A stretch of 64,000 bases of DNA from Alphaproteobacteria bacterium (GTDB taxonomy: Bacteria > Pseudomonadota > Alphaproteobacteria > Bin95), in NCBI GenBank assembly GCA_965205265.1, contig CBDBGH010000003.1:3712001-3776000 (forward strand), given 5' to 3'. The notes under the pieces were generated by a model that did not search any database, was not told the origin of the DNA, and was given only the letters and a program-made list of their open reading frames with translations. This document shows positions 62,135 through 64,000 of this stretch, one piece after another. The translations under genes and the position numbers were made by a program. Positions within the stretch are counted from its first letter, which is position 1. Each line of letters opens with the position of its first letter.

Positions 62135-62382
62135 TATCGTAATAAAATGAACTGGCAGAAACTCGAGAGAAATCTCGTAACCAATCTGAAAGCGGATTCA
62201 TTCCAATCCAGGCGTATCCCCAGCGCAGGCCTGTAGGCACTCGGACGGCAGCCCTTCGGGTCCCGGGGGATGAAAGTTCCCGGCGACCGGCTTCGAAGGC
62301 GGCGAGGATCGGACGCTCCTTTCTGCCCATGCGCCAGTGAACCTTGTCCGTTGCCGTTCAGGAACGAACCGGTTCATCGGCT

Positions 62383-64000
62383 TCATCGCCGGGCATCGAC
62401 ATACTCGACAAGTGCGGATCGGCCGACGATAGCGACGATCCGCACATGCAGTTCGGTCCCTTCCGCGTCGGTCAATTGCAGTTTCTCGCCGGGGGTGAAG
62501 TGAACCGGCTGTTGCCTGCCTTCGTCAATCGCAATGTTCGACGCGTAGAGGTAGGTCCGGTCATGGGCGTCGCGTACGGGATTGAGCCTGCCCTTCAATC
62601 CCGGAACATGGCCGGTGGCCTCCGGAAAGATGACGCTCCCGCCTGCCGGCAAAGCCTCCAGATCGATCGCCAGCGCTCGTTCGCCCGGTATCCAGTCCCG
62701 CTCCGGATGTGCGGCGTATCCTGCTGCGGACGCGAACACGGTCATGGGCAGCCGGGTCGTGTGCAGATCGACTGCCGCTTCGCCTTGTTCGTCCGTGACG
62801 GCCTGCTTCCAGGTGTTGTTCGGAAATAGGAGAAGGAGACCGGCGCCCGGCAAGGGCCGGCCGCCAGACCGCACGGAGATGACGGCGCGAGCGGGGATCC
62901 GCTCCTGTACCGCCGCAGGAATGACAAGCAGCACCTCGGCATCGTCAACGACCGTGTACTCGGGGTACTTCCCGCACAATGCCCAGGTCTCGCGGCGGAT
63001 GATGGGCACGCCGTCGCCGCGGCGCTCCATGTAGTATCGCCTGTCTTCACCGCCCCGGGTTCCTCCGACAGGCATCCGCGCCAATACGGAGGTGAGGGCT
63101 TCATTGCGGGTCGACTGCCGCGACGCCATACTCTCCACCGTCAGGTTGTTCGGCAGGGAACCGGGCGACTGGATTTCCACCCGATCGTCGAACATCGAGA
63201 GACGGATCCTGCTTGCTCTCATGGAGTAGTCGCGATGGACGACGGCGTTGACCAGCGCCTCGAACAGGGCCTTTTCGCTGTACTGGGGAATATCCGAACG
63301 GGCCGGATCCTTTCGCGCCGCGACCCGCATGTTTCTGACAGCGAAGGCAACGGCGCCGGCGATCTGTTCGTTCAGCGGCCCGGCGATCTCCCGGGCATCG
63401 ACTTGACCCGATGCACGGTCTCCGCCGTCGTATCGGGTCGCCGTGATGCAGGCGTGCGGGAGCCATCGTTCCGGACTGGGCGTGCACAACAGCACGCCGG
63501 CGACCGTCGCGCGAAGCGCGCCTGCCTCGTCGTCTGCCAGAAGCGCCAGCTTCCCGAGCGCCGCCTCGGGCTCGGCCGCGCCCTCGGCGCTGAGCAACGG
63601 TTTCCAGAGCGCCTCGGTCAACGTCCGGAAACCGGTTTCCGGCACCGGCTGCTTGTCGAACCACAGGAAACGCGCCTGCGACCGCCGTTGCGTCAGGCGC
63701 AACCGCTCGTCGCTCCCCATGAGCCGCTTCGAGGCGCCCACGCGGACGTAGCATCCGCCGGGGCTCTCATGGACGGAATCGCTCTCCGGGACTTCGGCCA
63801 GCAGCACCAGCCTGCCGTCGGACAATTCCCGGTGATGCGTGCGGATGCGAACGGGCGGCTTGATCGTATCGGTGCTCACCTCCACGAGAAGGGAGTCCAG
63901 ACGGGCGATTTGCGCACGCGACATGCCGATGACGCTGCCGTCGTCGGCAACACCGGCAAGCACCACGCCCCCGGCCGCGTTGGCGAAGGCTGCGATTTCA
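62383..64000 (-). CDS. AlbA_2 (Schlafen-like) plus HATPase_c_4 (RecG-like) protein, 5' partial
   Basis: EIAAFANA.GG...AGV.DDG, EALVNAVVHRDY, SPG.LP, RN and MERRGDG; extra beta-rich C-terminal domains. Confidence 0.85.
   Translation of the reverse strand, partial: EIAAFANAAGGVVLAGVADDGSVIGMSRAQIARLDSLLVEVSTDTIKPPVRIRTHHRELSDGRLVLLAEVPESDSVHESPGGCYVRVGASKRLMGSDERLRLTQRRSQARFLWFDKQPVPETGFRTLTEALWKPLLSAEGAAEPEAALGKLALLADDEAGALRATVAGVLLCTPSPERWLPHACITATRYDGGDRASGQVDAREIAGPLNEQIAGAVAFAVRNMRVAARKDPARSDIPQYSEKALFEALVNAVVHRDYSMRASRIRLSMFDDRVEIQSPGSLPNNLTVESMASRQSTRNEALTSVLARMPVGGTRGGEDRRYYMERRGDGVPIIRRETWALCGKYPEYTVVDDAEVLLVIPAAVQERIPARAVISVRSGGRPLPGAGLLLLFPNNTWKQAVTDEQGEAAVDLHTTRLPMTVFASAAGYAAHPERDWIPGERALAIDLEALPAGGSVIFPEATGHVPGLKGRLNPVRDAHDRTYLYASNIAIDEGRQQPVHFTPGEKLQLTDAEGTELHVRIVAIVGRSALVEYVDARR

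Overview
High-GC alphaproteobacterial chromosome segment (gcrA, sbmA/bacA, djlA and a Urt-like ABC transporter in the core flanks). It contains a ~41-kb defence/mobile island (~7.2-48.3 kb) that abuts the 3' end of a minus-strand tRNA-Ser(GGA) at 48340-48430. The island carries type II Thoeris, AbiE, a Gabija-like OLD+UvrD pair, a type I R-M system, DUF4145 and DUF4238 genes, an endonuclease I/EEP nuclease pair and an ankyrin gene. It also holds two fully resolvable nested insertions: IS630 in IS21 in a gene, and IS1380 in IS66 at the 5' end of the ankyrin gene. No tyrosine or serine integrase and no tRNA 3'-end duplication were seen. Instead, the integrase position holds a coupled three-gene operon: a Zn-finger IS1/IS1595-like RNase H-fold protein, a putative winged-helix protein and an AlwI/FokI-like nuclease domain. 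A 17-bp sequence 1 nt past the tRNA CCA recurs 20.6 kb away, followed in the same order by a second copy of the operon's promoter motif and a second EEP 3' end. This suggests tandem, related elements that target the tRNA flank, and it is the best candidate for an undescribed system. Other oddities are an IS21 with Zn-finger and degenerate Toprim cargo, a lone phage prohead protease next to a DUF6088-LOTUS fusion, and an orphaned REase behind a truncated methylase near the right end. All family assignments come from motif recognition by eye; no database searches were run.
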